Shown here one piece after another: positions 31,862 to 45,829 of a stretch of 64,000 nucleotides of DNA. The notes under the pieces are model-generated. The model searched no databases and was not told the origin of the DNA. It saw only the letters and a program-made list of their open reading frames with translations. How positions within the stretch are numbered: position 1 is the stretch's first letter; each line of letters begins with the position of its first letter. Source of the DNA: the human T2T-CHM13v2.0 reference genome, Homo sapiens. The stretch lies in assembly GCF_009914755.1 (NCBI RefSeq), contig NC_060947.1, one strand, 5' to 3'. The translations under genes and the position numbers were made by a program.

Positions 31862-34800
31862 CAATTTTAATTATTTTAAAAAGTTTTTGTGGGCACATAG
31901 TAGGTGTATATATTTAAGGGTACATAAGATGTTTTGATGAAAATATGCAATGTGAAGTAAACACATCATGGAGAATGAGGTATCCATCCTCTCAAGCGTT
32001 TATCCTTTGAGTTACAAACAATCCAGTTACATTAAGTCATTTAAAAATATATAATTAATCTATTATTGACTATAGTCATCCTACTATGCTATCAAATAGT
32101 AGGTCTTATTGATTCTATTTTTTTTTTTTTTGGTGTGCATTACTTATTCCCGCCTCCCGCCCAACTCCCCAATACCCTTCCCAGCCTCTGGTAATTATCC
32201 TTCTGTTCCCTATTTTCACGAGTTCAACTGATTTGATTTTTAGATCCCATAAATAAATGAGAACATGCAATGTGTGTCTTTATGTGCTTGGCTTATTTCA
32301 CTTAACACAATGATCTCCAGTTCCATCCATGAAGTTGCAAATGAAAGGATCTTATTTTTTTATGGCTGAAGAGTACTCCATTTTGTATACATACCACATT
32401 TTCTTTATCCATTTATCTGTTGATGGACGCTTATGTTGCTTCAAAATCTTAGCTATTGTAAACAGCTCAGCAACAAACATAGGAATGCTGATATTTGTTC
32501 AATATACTAATTTTCTTTCTTTTGGCTATATCTCTAGTGTATGTCCTTGGCAACTTTGTCAAATATGACTTAACTGTTGGTGTGTAGATTTGTTCCTGCA
32601 TTCTCTATTCTGTCCTATTGGTCCATACGTCTGTTTTAGGCCAGTACCATGCTCTTTTGGTTACCATATAAAATTGGTAGTATAATTTGAAGTCAGGATA
32701 TGTGATTCCTCCAGTTTTGTTCTTTTTGTTTAGGAAAGCTTTGGCTATTCTGGGTCTTTTGCAGTTCCATATACATTTGAGGATTGCTTTTTCTATTTCT
32801 GTAAAGTATGTCATGGGTATTTTGATAGGGATTGCAGTGAATCTGTAGATTGCTTTGAGTAGTATGAACATTTTAACAATATTGATACTTCCAATTCATG
32901 AACATAAAATATCTTTTAATTTTTTGTTGTCCTCTTCAGTTTCCTTCATCAGTGTTTTACAGTTTTCATTATAGAGATCTTTTAGTTCTTTAATTAATCC
33001 CTAGGCATTTAATTTTATGTGTGGCTACTGTAAATGGGATTACTTTTTTCTTTCTTTTTCACTTTGTTCCCTGTTGGCATATAGAAACGCTACTGGTTTT
33101 TGTGTGTTAATTTTGTATCCTGAAGTTTCAACTTCATTAATTTGTTTATCATTCTGTTATTTTTCTTGTGAAGTCTTTAGGTTGTATCAAATATAAGATC
33201 ATATCATCAGCAAACAAGGATAATTTGAATTCTTTCTTTCCAGTATAGATCCCCTTTATATCTTTCTTTTTTTGATTGCTCTAGCTAGGACTGCCAGTAC
33301 TATGTTGAATAACTGGTGACAGTGGGCATCCTTGTTGCATTCCAGATCTTACTGGAAAGACTTTCAATTTTTCCCCATTCAGTATGATACTAGCTGTGGA
33401 TCTGTCATATATGGCTTTTATTATGTTGAGATACGTTCCTTTTATCTCCCATTTTTGAAGGTTTTATCATGAAAGAATGTTGAATATTATTAAATGCTTT
33501 TTCGGATCAATTGAAATGATCCTACAGTTTTTATTCTTCATTCTGCTGATATGATGTCTCATGTTGATTGATTTGAATACACTGAATCATCCTTGCATCC
33601 TAGGGAAAAATCCCATTTGGTTATGATGAATGATCTTTCTAATGTATTGTTGAATTTGGTTTGCTACTAATGACAAAAACCACAATTACTTGTGCACCAC
33701 CCTAATAGTATTTTATTGAGGATTTTTGTATCAATATTCATGAGAGATATTGGCCAGTAGTTTTCTTTTTGTGATGTGTCTTTGTCTGTCCTTGGTATCA
33801 GGGTGATACTAGCTTCATAGAATGAGTAGGAAAGTATTTCCTCCTCTTTCATTTTTTGAAATAGAGCAGGATTGGCATTAGTTCTTTAAATGTTTGGTAG
33901 AATTCAGCAGTGAAGCTATTAGGCCTCACACTTTTCTTTACTGGAAGAGTTTTTATTACAGCTTCAATCTCATTACTTGTTATTGGTCTGTTCAAGGTTT
34001 GGATTTCTTCCTGATTCAATCTGGGTAGGTTGTATGTAACTAGAAATTCATCCATTTATCCAGATTGTCCAATTTATTGGTATATAGTTGCTGATGGTAG
34101 CCTCTAATGATCCTTTAAATTTCTGCAGTATCAGTTGTAATGTCTCCTTATTCAGTTCTGATTTTATTTATCTGGATATTCTCTTTTTCTTAGGCTGGCT
34201 AAATGTTTGTCAATTTTATTAACTTAAAAAAAAACTTTTTGTTTCATTGATCTTTTGTATTTTTTATTTCAAATTCATTTATTTCTGCTCTGATCTTTAT
34301 GATTTCTTTCCTTCTACTCTTTTTAGGTTTGATTTGCTCTTGCTTTTCTAGTTCTTTAAGATGCATTGTGAGATTGTTTATTTGAAGATTTTCCTCTTTA
34401 TCAGATGTAGGCACCAATAGTTGTAAACTTCCCTCTGAGTGCTGCTTTTGCTGTATCCCATAAATTTTCTTATGTTGTGTTTCCATTATCATTTGTTTAA
34501 ATAAATGTTTAAGTTTCCTTCTTAATTTCTTCATTTACTCACTGGCCAGTCAGGAGCATATTGTTTTATTTTTATGTATTTGTATTGTTTCCAAAATTCC
34601 TCTTATTAATTTCTACTTTTATTTCATTGTGGTTACAGAAGACGTTTGGTATTATTTAAATTTTTTTGAATGTTTTAAGAGTTGTTTTTTGACCTCACGT
34701 ATGGTCTATCCTTGAGAAAAACCCATGTGCTGAAGAAAAAAAAAGTGTCATCTGTGGTTCTTGGATAAAATGGTCTATAAATATCCATTAGATCCATTTG

Positions 34801-37765
34801 GTCTATAGTGCAGATTAAGTCTGATGTTTGCTGAGTTTCTGTGTGGAAGATCTGTGCAATGCTGAAACTAGGGTGTTGAAGTCTCCAGCTGTTATTTTAT
34901 TAGGGCCTATTTCTCTCTTTAGCTCTAATATTATTTCCTTTATATATATGTGGGTGCTCCAGTGTTGAGTGCATATATATTTAAATCGTTATATCCTCTT
35001 GCTAAATTGACCCCTTTATCATTATGTAGTGACATTCTTTGTCTCTTCTAATAGTTTTTGTCTTGAATCTGTTTTGTCTGATACAGGCACAGCAAGTCCT
35101 CCTCTTTTTTGATTTCCATTCCTGTGGAATATCTTCTTCCATCACTTTATTTTCAGTCTATTTTTGTCTTTATAAGTGGAGTGTGTCTCTTTTAGGCAAC
35201 AGATCAATGGGTCTTGTATTTTTCATCCATTCAATCAGTCTATATCTTTTGATTGGTGGCTTTAGTCCATTTATATTCAAAGTTATTATTCACAAGAACT
35301 TATTCCTGCCATTTTATTATTTGTTTTCTGGTTGTTTTGTGGTCATCTCTTCCTTATTTCTTTCCTTCCTGTCTTTCACTAGTGAAGGTGATTTTCTTTA
35401 GTAATATAATTCATTTTCTTTCTATTTTTTGTGTATTCATTGTATGTTTTTTGACTTGAGGTGACCATGAGGCTTGCAAATACTATCTTATAACCCATTA
35501 TTTTAACCTGATAACAACTTAACATTATTTGGATAAACAAACAAGCAAAGGAAAACCAATAAAAACTCTAAGTCCTAACTTCATTCCCCCTGCTTTTTAA
35601 CTTTTTATGGTTTCTATTTATATCTATTGTATTGACTTTGTCTGAAAAAGTTCTTGTAGTTATTAATTTTTATTGGTCTATTGTTTGGTCTTTTTCCTTA
35701 GGATGAGTAGTTTACACACCACAGTTAGTGATATAATATTCTGTGTTTTTCTGTGTACTTACTATTACTAGTGAGTTTTGTTCCCTCAGGTGACTATTTA
35801 TTTCTCATTAATTTCCTTTTCTTTCTGATTAAAGTACTCCCTTTAGCATGTTTTGCAGGATAGGTCTGGTATTGATGAAATTCCTCAGCCTTTCTTTGTC
35901 TGGGAAAGTCTTTATTTATCCTTCATGTTTGAAGGATATTTTCACTATATATACTATTCTAGGGTAAACATTTTATTTTTTTTCTTCAGCACTTCAAATA
36001 TGTCATGCCACTCTCTCCTGACCTGTAAGGTTTCAACTGAAGATTCTGCTACCAGACATATTGGAGTTCCACTGTATGTTATTTGTTTGTTTTCTCTTGA
36101 TGCTTTTAGGATCCTTTCTTTATCCTTGACCTTTAGGAGTTTGATTATTAAATGTTTTGAGGTAGTCTTTTTTGCATTAAATCTTCTTGGTGTTCTATAA
36201 CCTTCTTGTACTTGGATATTGATATCTTTCTCTAGGTTTGGGAAGTTCTCTGTCATCCCTTGGCATTAACTTTCTACCCCTACCTCTTTCTCTACATTCT
36301 CTTTAAGGCCGATAACACTTAGATTTGCCCTTTTGAGCTGTTTTCTAGATCCTGTAGGCATGCTTCATTGTTATTTATTTTTTTCTTTTTTCTTTGTGTA
36401 CTTACAAATAGCCTGTCTTCAAGTTCCCTAATTATTTCTTCTACTCTATCAATTCTGCTGTTAAAGGACTCTGATGCATTCTTCAGCTGATTCTTTTTTA
36501 ATTATTTTAATCTCTTTGTTAAATTTATCTGATAGGATTCTGAATCTTTGCTGTATGTTATCTTGAATTTCTTTGAGTTTTTAAAAATACAGCTATTTTG
36601 CATTCTCTGTCTGAAAGGTCACATATCTGTTTCTCCAGGATTGGCCCCGATGGCTTATTTAGCTCATTTCATGAGGTCATGTTTTCCTGGATGGTGTTGA
36701 TATTAGTAGATGTTCTTTGGTGTCTGGGTATTGAAGGGTTAGGTATTTATTGTAGTCTTCTCTGTCTGGGCTTATTTGTAGCTATTCTTGAAAAGGCTTT
36801 TTCAGATATTTGAATGGACTTGGGTGTTGTGATCTAAGCTATATTTTCTTTAGAAGGCATTCCAAGTCCTGTCACACTGTGGCTCTTGCAGACTCATAGA
36901 TGGTCTTGGACAAGATCCAGGAGAATTCTCTGGCCAGGCAGAAACTCCTGTTCTTTTTCCTTTTTTTCTTCTGAACTTATAGAGTCTCTCTTCCTTTATT
37001 CTGACCCACTTAAAACTAGACATAGAGTGACACAAGCAACCTTTGCCCACCATGACTATTGATGCATTGGGTCAGACCTGAAGCCAACACCATGCTAGGT
37101 GTTGCCCAAAGGCCTACTGCAACTACTCCCTAGCTACTGCCTGTGTTCCCTCAAGGCCCTTGAGTTCTACAATTTGCAGGTGTCAAACCCAGCCAGGCCT
37201 GTGTCCTTTCCTTCAGTGTGTCAAGGTCCCCCCTCCCCAAGCCCCAGGTGGGTCCAGAAGTGTTGTCTGAGAGTCAGAGACTAGAGTAAAAAACCTTAGA
37301 TGTCTAACTGTTCTATTGTATTGCAACTGAGTTGGCTCTCAAACCACAGAACACTGCCCTTCCCACTCTTCCCTCCCATTTCCAAAGGCAGAGGAGCCTC
37401 ACCCTGTAGTCACCACCACCCCAGGCCACAAGGACCACTGCTAGACTACTGAGGATGTTCCATTAAGACCTAAGGTCTCTTAAGTCAGCTTGTCATAAAT
37501 GCTGCCTGACCTAGGAATCACCCTTCAGGGAATTGGACTCCTCTCTGGCCCAGGGCAGGTCCAGAAATGCCATCAAAGAGTCAAGTCCAGAAACTGGGAA
37601 CCCCAGGAACCCGCTTGGTGATCCACTCTTCTGTGGCCATGCTGGTACCTGATAATTGGTTTTCATGAAAGTGTTTTGTCTGTGTAGATAGTTGCTAACT
37701 TGGCATCCTTGCAGGAGAGGATAATTGGTGGAGCTTTCTATTCCACCATCTTGCTCTGCTCCCCT
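31862..37765 (-). mobile_element. L1MA1-like LINE-1 with both ends, an ORF2 3' deletion (~32535) and a 5'UTR gap (37648|37649)
   Basis: L1MA1 3' end (GTTTTTGTGGGCACATAGTAGG); ORF1 remnant 35954-36256; 5' terminus GCAGAGCAAGATGG; collinear with 5156-19143. Confidence 0.88.
33667..33705. mobile_element. Half MADE1 (Hsmar1 mariner MITE, one TIR)
   Basis: taatgacaaaaaccacaattacttgtgcaccaccctaa matches the MADE1 right arm; inserted at a duplicated TA in L1 ORF2 (ttgcTA...TAgta). Confidence 0.85.
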
Positions 37766-39626
37766 CCATTCATCCATATTTGGACACTGCCACATGTTGA
37801 TCTTTACAAGAATGACTATTTTTTCTATGGGTAAGAAAGTATATAGTTAGTAAGTTTTGTAAAATTACATTACTGTTTCAAGCAATATGGGATTTGCATT
37901 GTTCTTCTTCAGGTTTTTTTTAGCCTGATGACTTCTCAATAGAAATAAGTTGTTTCTAATCAATGGGGAGCCATGAGACATATAACGTTCCTTAATACTG
38001 TCAATGTTTTTCCAACAAATAAAAATCTTTTTAGAAGCATTGTTGCCAAGCCACAAGTAGAGCATAGGTCAAAAGGAAAGAATAGAAATGTAAAGTCTTT
38101 GAAAATCTGTTATTTCTTACTCAGGATATTGATGAAAGCAAATATATTGCACTTTCAATGGTTTTAATTTTTCATAATTTAATTTTGTTCCTCTGGCTCC
38201 TGATTTGCTAAGCACTGCCGGGGAACTCTCTCCTAAGTCCTAGAAGTAAGCCCCACAGGCTTGGTTAGCAAAGGCATATTCAAACCTGAACACAGAAGAA
38301 GCCAATTAGAATTAACTGGGCTAATTAGGAATATAAATCTTCTATAAATTTATCTTCCACAAATAGTGTGATGAATCTCTACTGTAATTCTTGAGGTGAG
38401 ATACAAAGTAGTTCCCATGTGACCTTAGTAAGAGAAGTTGTGAAAACAGATTTAAACTAGTATCTGAAAGGCCAGGGGTTTTCTTTTGCTTGTTTTTAGC
38501 TTTACTATCTTAGGACACCTAAACTGTACAGGCTAGTGATTGTCTCAAAATATTAAATGTAATAAAGCCCAAAGGAAGACAGATTACCCATTTTAATTGA
38601 TAAGTTCCGAGAATAAAGAATTAGATGAAGACCAGAAAACTATTACACCTTCAGAGGCTAAGTTCAATAGAGTAAAAGAGGGGGGACATTAGGCTTCTTA
38701 GTTATTTTAAGATCTTCAGTGTTGTGTATAAGCAACATTTAGTGGCACTATAACAGGTACATTTACAATAAATAGGTAAATACAAATTGGCTGTCTAAGT
38801 TGTATTAATTTGATGCCACTTAAGTGGTACCTGGGAATACCTGGAGGCTGCTACCTTACTAAGCTCTGACAAGGTTCAACATATGAAAGAAAAGCACGAT
38901 TACATCATTTTTTCTTTTATTACAAAAGCCCAACGTGTTTTCTTCCAAATCTTCTTTTGGATACAATAAAGTTAGAAGTAATTATATCCCATAGCTCTCA
39001 ACTCCTAAAAATTGTAGCTGCCATGCTCAGAAAAATTCAGACTTTTAAAAATATCATCTAGGAGGGGCCAAACGGCTTAACTTTGGCTGAAAGAATTAAC
39101 ATCCTTGCTAAACCAATTGCTACTATTAGCCTATAAATCTACAGTACCTATTTTGTGTATTTTCCAGTTTCTAGCACACTGGTCCACTATTAATTCCATA
39201 ATTAAACTCAAACTGAACACTTCTTCTCTTAGTATCTCCATTAATTGGTGTCAACTCAGGAAAGTATCTGTAAACATACACCTCTGCCTAGTTCTTAAAA
39301 CTATGAGGTAGGGTAGAGATAGCAGAAAATTAGGCCTCTGTTTCCTCATTGGCTATGAAACAATTAGTCTTTTCATATGCATAGCACATCACCACATGCA
39401 AATAATCACATTCATTATCTCATTTAGACCTCACCAGAATTCTGTGAAAATTCCAGTGTAAGAGCTATTGTTCTAAGATATATCTTTGAATTACAAAGCC
39501 ATTTGCTTTTTTACGCATGTGCTGGTTGTCTGGACTTGTTCCATTCTGGCTTAAAAAAACATTTTATAGTTTAAACGCTCCTTACTATACTATATTCCCT
39601 GAGAAATATAGCATAATGTAGTATTG

Positions 39627-39811
39627 TACACTCTCTATTGTACTATATTCTCTGAGAGATGAATACTATATTCATTCCTTAAATATGTGTCCTAAAAGCC
39701 TAAAATATAATACTATATACACTCCCTATTGTACTACAATCCCTGAGAGATGAATATTATATTCATTCCTTAAATAAGTGCCCTAAAAGCCTAAAATATA
39801 ACACTATATAC
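39627..39811. repeat. Tandem duplication, 2 x 91 bp, AT-rich
   Basis: Units start tacactc at 39627 and 39718; partial third copy tactatattccctgaga at 39588. Confidence 0.9.
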
Positions 39812-39841
39812 TCTAATACTACTAACTCAATATACATCAAT

Positions 39842-41700
39842 ATTTTTCCTTTTTAATTTTTATTTTTATTAAGTTCTGGGGTACATGTGCAAGATGTGCA
39901 GGATTGTTACCTATGTAAATGTGTGCCATGGTGGTTTGTGGCACCTGTGAACCCATCACCTCGGTATTAAGCCCAGCATGCATTAACTATTGTTCCTAAA
40001 ATTCTCCCTCCCTCCAACCCACCCTCTGACAGGCCCCAGTGTGTGTTGTTCCCCTCCCTGGGTCCATGTGTTCTCATTCTTCAGCTCTCACTTATAAGTG
40101 AGAACACGTGGTGTTTGGTTTTTTGTCCCTGTGTTAGTTTGCTGAGGATAATGGCTTCCAGTTCTATCCATGTCTGTGCAAAGGATATAATCTCATTCCT
40201 TTTTATGGCTGCATAGTATTCCATGGTGTATATGTACCACACTTTCTTTATCCATCTATCATTGATGGGCATTTGGATTGATTCCATGTCTTTGCTATTG
40301 CAAATAGTACTGCAATGAACATATGCATGCACGTATCTTTGTAATAGAATGATTTATATTCTTTTGGGTATATGCCCAGTAATGGGATTGCTGGGTCAAA
40401 TGGTATTTCTGGTTCTAGATCTTTGAGGAATTGCCACACCATCTTCCACAATAGTTGAACTAATTTACATTCCCAGCAACAGTGTAAAAGCATTCCTATT
40501 TCTCTGCAACCTTGTAAGCATCTGCTGTTTCCTGACTTTTTAATCACCATTCTGATTGGAGTGAGATGGTATCTCATTGTGGTTTTGATTTGCATTTCTC
40601 TAATGATCAGTGATATTGAGCTTTTTTTTCATGTTTGTTGGTCACATAATTGTCTTCTTTTGAGAAGTGTCTGTTCATGTCTTTTGCCCACTTTTTAATG
40701 GGAATGTTCATTTTCTTCTTGTAAATTTAAGTTCTTTGTAGATTCTGGATATTATGCCTTTGTCAGATGGATAGATTGTAAAAATTTTCTCCCACTCTGC
40801 AACTTGCCTGTTCACTCTGATTATAGTTTCTTTTGCTATGCAGAAGCTCTTTAGTTTAATTAGATCTCATTTGTCAATTTTTGCTTTTGTTGTAATTGCT
40901 TTTGGTTGTTTTGTCATGAAATCTTTGCCTGTGCCTATGTCATGAATGGTATTGCCTAGATTTTCTTCTAAGGTTTTTCTAGTTTTGGGTTTTACATTTA
41001 AGTCTTTAATTCATCTTGAGTTAATTTTTGTATAATGTGTAAGGAAGGGGTCCAGTTTCAATTTTCTCCATATGGATATCCAGTTTTTCCCTGCAGCATT
41101 TATTAAATAGAGAATCCTTTCCCCATTGCTTGTTTTTGGCAGGTTTGCCAAAGATCAGATGGTTGTAGATGTGTGGTGTTATTTCTGAGGCCTCTGTTCT
41201 GTTTCATTGGTCTATTTTGGTACCATTACCATGCTGTTTTGGTTATTGCAGCCTTCTAGTATAGTTTGAAGACAGGTAGCATGATGCCTCCAGCTTTGTT
41301 CTTTTTGCTTAGGACTCTCTTGGCTATACAGGCCCTTTTTTCATTCCATATGAAATTTAAAGTGGTTTTTTTCTAATTCTTTGAAGAAAGTCAATGGTAG
41401 CTTGATGGGAATAGCATTGAATCTATAAATTACTTTGGGCAGTTTGGCCATTTTCATGATATTGATTCTTCCTATCCATGAACAGGGAATGTTTTTCTAT
41501 TTGTTTGTGTCCTCTCTGACTTCCTTGAGCAGTGGTTTGTAGCTCTCCTTGAAGAGGTCCTTCACTTCTGTTGTTAACTGTATTCCTAGGTATTTTGTTC
41601 TCCTTGTAGCAATTGTGAATGGGAGTTTATTAATGATTTGGCTCTCTGCTTGTCTGTTGCTGGTGTGTAGGAATGCTTGTCACTTTTGTACATTGATTTT
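39842..41700 (-). mobile_element. 5'-truncated L1PA8-like LINE-1
   Basis: 3'UTR GTATTAAGCCCAGCATGCATTA; ORF2 remnant 40248-40595; TSD aatatacatcaat (39829-39841) / aatatccatcaat (41701-41713). Confidence 0.9.
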
Positions 41701-41844
41701 AATATCCATCAATTTCTAAGACTCAGTAGAATGTAAACAAAAAAGTTAATTATGCATTCCAATTATTTGATAAATTCAAATCGGGGAAAATATGATCAGA
41801 TTACTGGTGACAAATAGTCACCTCTAGCCTCACTGCTTAAACAT

Positions 41845-41982
41845 GGCACAGTGAAGAAGAGAGCTGAATTGAATTCTAGTCCTAGCTCTGCCTTTGAACT
41901 ACTTAATAAACTTGGCTGAGGTAGACACATCTCCTCTATTCTCTCAATTCCTTATACAGAGACATAAGGGGTTTAGAATAAA
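41845..41982 (+). mobile_element. Degenerate MIR-like SINE fragment
   Basis: TTCTAGTCCTAGCTCTGCC...CTTGG...CTCAATTCCTTAT core-like pattern; highly diverged. Confidence 0.5.
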
Positions 41983-41984
41983 TA

Positions 41985-42190
41985 AGAGGTTGGCAAAATC
42001 TGGCCAGCTTCTGAAGGTGATTTTATAAATAAAGTTTTTTGGAACATAGTGACCCTCGTGCATTTATGTTTTGTCTATGGCTGCATTTGCATTGCAAAGG
42101 CAGAGTCCATTAGTTGTCATAAAGACCATTTGACCATTAAAGCCACAATATTGACTATCTGGTCTTTACTAAAAACGTTTGCTAATCCAT
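41985..42190 (+). mobile_element. MER58A (hAT-Charlie MITE)
   Basis: GGTTGGCAAA...TTTATAAATAAAGTTTTTTGGAACA...TGTCTATGGCTGC...ACTATCTGGTCTTTAC..AAAACGTTTGCT. Confidence 0.8.
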
Positions 42191-42344
42191 AAACTAAATC
42201 ATCTTAGTTTTCTTCCTACTGTGATATTCTAGACAACTATAAAATGATTACAGTTTTTACAGCTGCATCCTATGTAAAAACTTGCAGTTTCTATTTTATG
42301 CAGTGGCTCTTCCTTATAGACAACTTGGCATTTAATATTATTAG

Positions 42345-42728
<384 letters not shown>

Positions 42729-43058
42729 TAAAACTATTTTAAGCATGATAAATAAACTTTTGGAAGTAGCAGTTGGAGACTCCTTATATTTGTCCATTTT
42801 CATGCTGCTGATAAAGACATACCCAAGACTGGGCAATTTACAAAAGAAAGAGGTTTAATTGGAGTTACAGTTCCATATGGCTGGGTAGGCCTCACAATCA
42901 TGGTGGAAGGCAAGGAGGAGCAAGTCACATCTTATGTGGATGGCAGCAGAAAAAAGAGAGAATGAGAGCCAAGTGAAATGAGTTTCCCTTTATCAAACCA
43001 TCAGATCTTGTGAGACTTATTCACTACCACGAGAAAAGTATGGGGGAAACTGCCCCCA

Positions 43059-43069
43059 TGATTCAATTA
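43059..43069 (-). promoter_or_regulatory. DUX4-type motif TAATTGAATCA in the THE1 3'LTR
   Basis: tgattcaatta on the plus strand; THE1/MaLR LTRs are established DUX4 targets. Confidence 0.6.
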
Positions 43070-44997
43070 TCTCCCGCCAGGTCCATCCCACAATACATGG
43101 GAATTATAGGAGTACAATTCAAGATTAAATTTGGGTGGGGACACAAAGCCAAACCATATCATTCTGACTCTGACCCCTCCCAAATCTCACATCCTTACAT
43201 TTGAAAACCAATCATGCCTTCCAACAGTCCCCCAAAGTCTTAACGGATTTCAGCATTAATTCAAAAGTCCACCGTCCAAAGTCTCATCTGAGACAAGGCA
43301 AGTCCCTTCCACCTATGAGCCTGTAAAATAAAAAGCAAGTTAGTTATTTCCTAGATACAATGGGGGCACAGGCATTGGGTAAATACAGCCATTCCAATTA
43401 GGAGGAATTAGCCAAACAAAGGGGCTACCAGCCCCATGTGAGTCTGAAATCCAGAAGGGCAGTCAAATCTTAAAGCTCCAAAATGATATTTTTTGACTCC
43501 ATGTCTCATATCCAGGTCACACTGATGCAAGAGGTGGGTTCCCATGGTCTTGGGCAGCTCCACCCCTGTGGCTTTGCAGGGTACAACCTCTCTCCTGGAT
43601 GCTTTCACGAGTTGGCATTGGTTGTCTGCAGCTTTTCCAGGTGCACAGTGCAAGTTGTTGGTGGAACTACCATTCTGGGGTCTGGAGGATGGTGGCCCTC
43701 TTCTCACAGCTCCACTAGGTGGTGGGAGTCTGTGTGGGGGCTCTGACCCCACCTTTCCTTTCCGCAATGCCCTAGCAGAGGTTCTCCATGAGAGCCCCAC
43801 CCCTGCAGCAAACTTCTGCCTGGCCATCCAGGGGTTTCCATACATCCTCTGAAATCTAGGCAGAAGTTCCCAAACCTCAATTCTTGACTTTTGTGCACCC
43901 AAAGGATCAACACCATGTAGAAGCTGCCAAGGTTTGGGGCTTACACTCTCTGAAGCCACAGCCAAAGCTCTGTGTTGGTCCCTTTCAGCCACAGCTGGAG
44001 TGGATAGGACACAGAGCACCAAGTCCGTACACTGCACATAGCACAGGGACCCTGGGCCTGGCCCACAAAATCATTTTCTCCTAGGCCTCCGGGCCTGTGA
44101 TGGGAGGGGCTGCCGTGAAGACCTCTGACATGCCCTGGAGATATTTTCTCCATTGTCTTGGAGATTAACATTCAGCTCCTCATTAGTTATGCAATTTTCT
44201 GCAGCCAGCTTGAATTTCTCCTCAGAAAATGGGTTTTTCCTTTTCTATTGCATTATCAGTCTGCAAATTTTTCAAAACTTTATGCTCTGCTTCCCTTATA
44301 AAACTGAATGCCTTTAATAGCACCCAAGTAGCCTCTTGAATGCTTTGCTGCTCAGAAATTTCTTCCACCAGATAACCTATATTATCTTTTTCAAGTTCAA
44401 AGTTCCACAAATCTAGGGTAAGAGCAAAATGCAACCAGTCTTTTTGCTAAAACATAACAAGAGTCACCATTGCTCCAGTTCCCAACAAATTTCTTATCTC
44501 CATCTGAGACCACCTAAGCCTGGACATTATTGTTCATATCACTATCAAGCTTTTGGTCAAAGCCATTCAACAAGTCTCTAGAAAGTTCCAAACTTTCCCA
44601 CATTTGCCTGTCTTCTTCAGAGGCCTCCAAACTGTTCCAACCTCTGCCTGTTACCCAGTTCCAAAGTTGCTTCCACATTTTTGGGTATCTTTTCAGCAAT
44701 GCCTCACTGTACTGGTACCAATTTACTGCATTAGTCCATTTTCACGCTGCCAATAAAGACATACCTGAGACTGGGCAATTTACAAAAGAAAGAGGTTTAA
44801 TTGGACTTACAGTTCCACGTGGCTGGGGAGGCCTCACAGTCATGGTGGAAGGCAAGGAGGAACAAGTCACATCTTATGTGGATGGCAGCAGGCAAAAAGA
44901 ATGAGAGCCAAGCAAAATGAGTTTCCCCTTATAAAACCATCAGATCTTGTGAGACTTATTCACTACCATGAGAACAGTATGGGGGAAACTGCCCCAA

Positions 44998-45008
44998 TGA
45001 TTCAATTA
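44998..45008 (-). promoter_or_regulatory. DUX4-type motif TAATTGAATCA in the THE1 5'LTR
   Basis: tgattcaatta on the plus strand. Confidence 0.6.
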
Positions 45009-45530
45009 TCTTCCACTGGGTCCATCTCACAACACATGGGAATTATGGAAGTACAATTCAAGATGAGATTTGGGTGGGGACACAGAGCTAAACCATATAA
45101 CTACTATAACTAAAGCCAGAAGAAAAACTGCTTGAGGATCCCAGTTTCTTACTTAAATGGCATGACTTATTGGAATATGGAAGTAAAATACTTGCAACAT
45201 ACTACAATGTCAGGATATGTACAAAACACATTTTGTGTCATGAATCACATGACAACACAGGCTATAGTCAATATACTTAACTCTAACCCATTAATAACAA
45301 TTTCCATTCCCCCACAACACACTCTCACCCACTCCAAGTGCTATACAACCATTAGTCTACCTTCTGCCTCTATAGATTTGCAAGTTATGGAAGGGAACCA
45401 TACAATATGTGGACTTTTGTGACTTGCTTCTTTGAAATAGCATGTTTACAAGGTTAATCAATGCTGTAGCATGTACTAGTGCTTCTTTGTTTTCTATTGT
45501 CAAATGATATTCTATAGTATGAGGATATGA

Positions 45531-45829
<299 letters not shown>

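Larger units (their letters stand above)
42785..45100 (-). mobile_element. Complete THE1 MaLR element (5'LTR 44727-45100, internal 43162-44726, 3'LTR 42785-43161)
   Basis: Two ~375-bp direct LTRs; internal region starts GTAAATTGGTACCAG on the minus strand; 5-bp TSD ctcct (42780-42784) / ctact (45101-45105); ORFs 43408-44699 are MaLR-internal ORF remnants. Confidence 0.95.

Noticed and set aside
39588-39811. CRISPR-like repeat array
   Set aside because: It is two contiguous copies without spacers, in eukaryotic DNA with no cas genes.
43408-44037. 209-aa ORF as a novel gene
   Set aside because: It lies in the THE1 internal region, whose decayed ORF is known; neighbouring pieces are broken.
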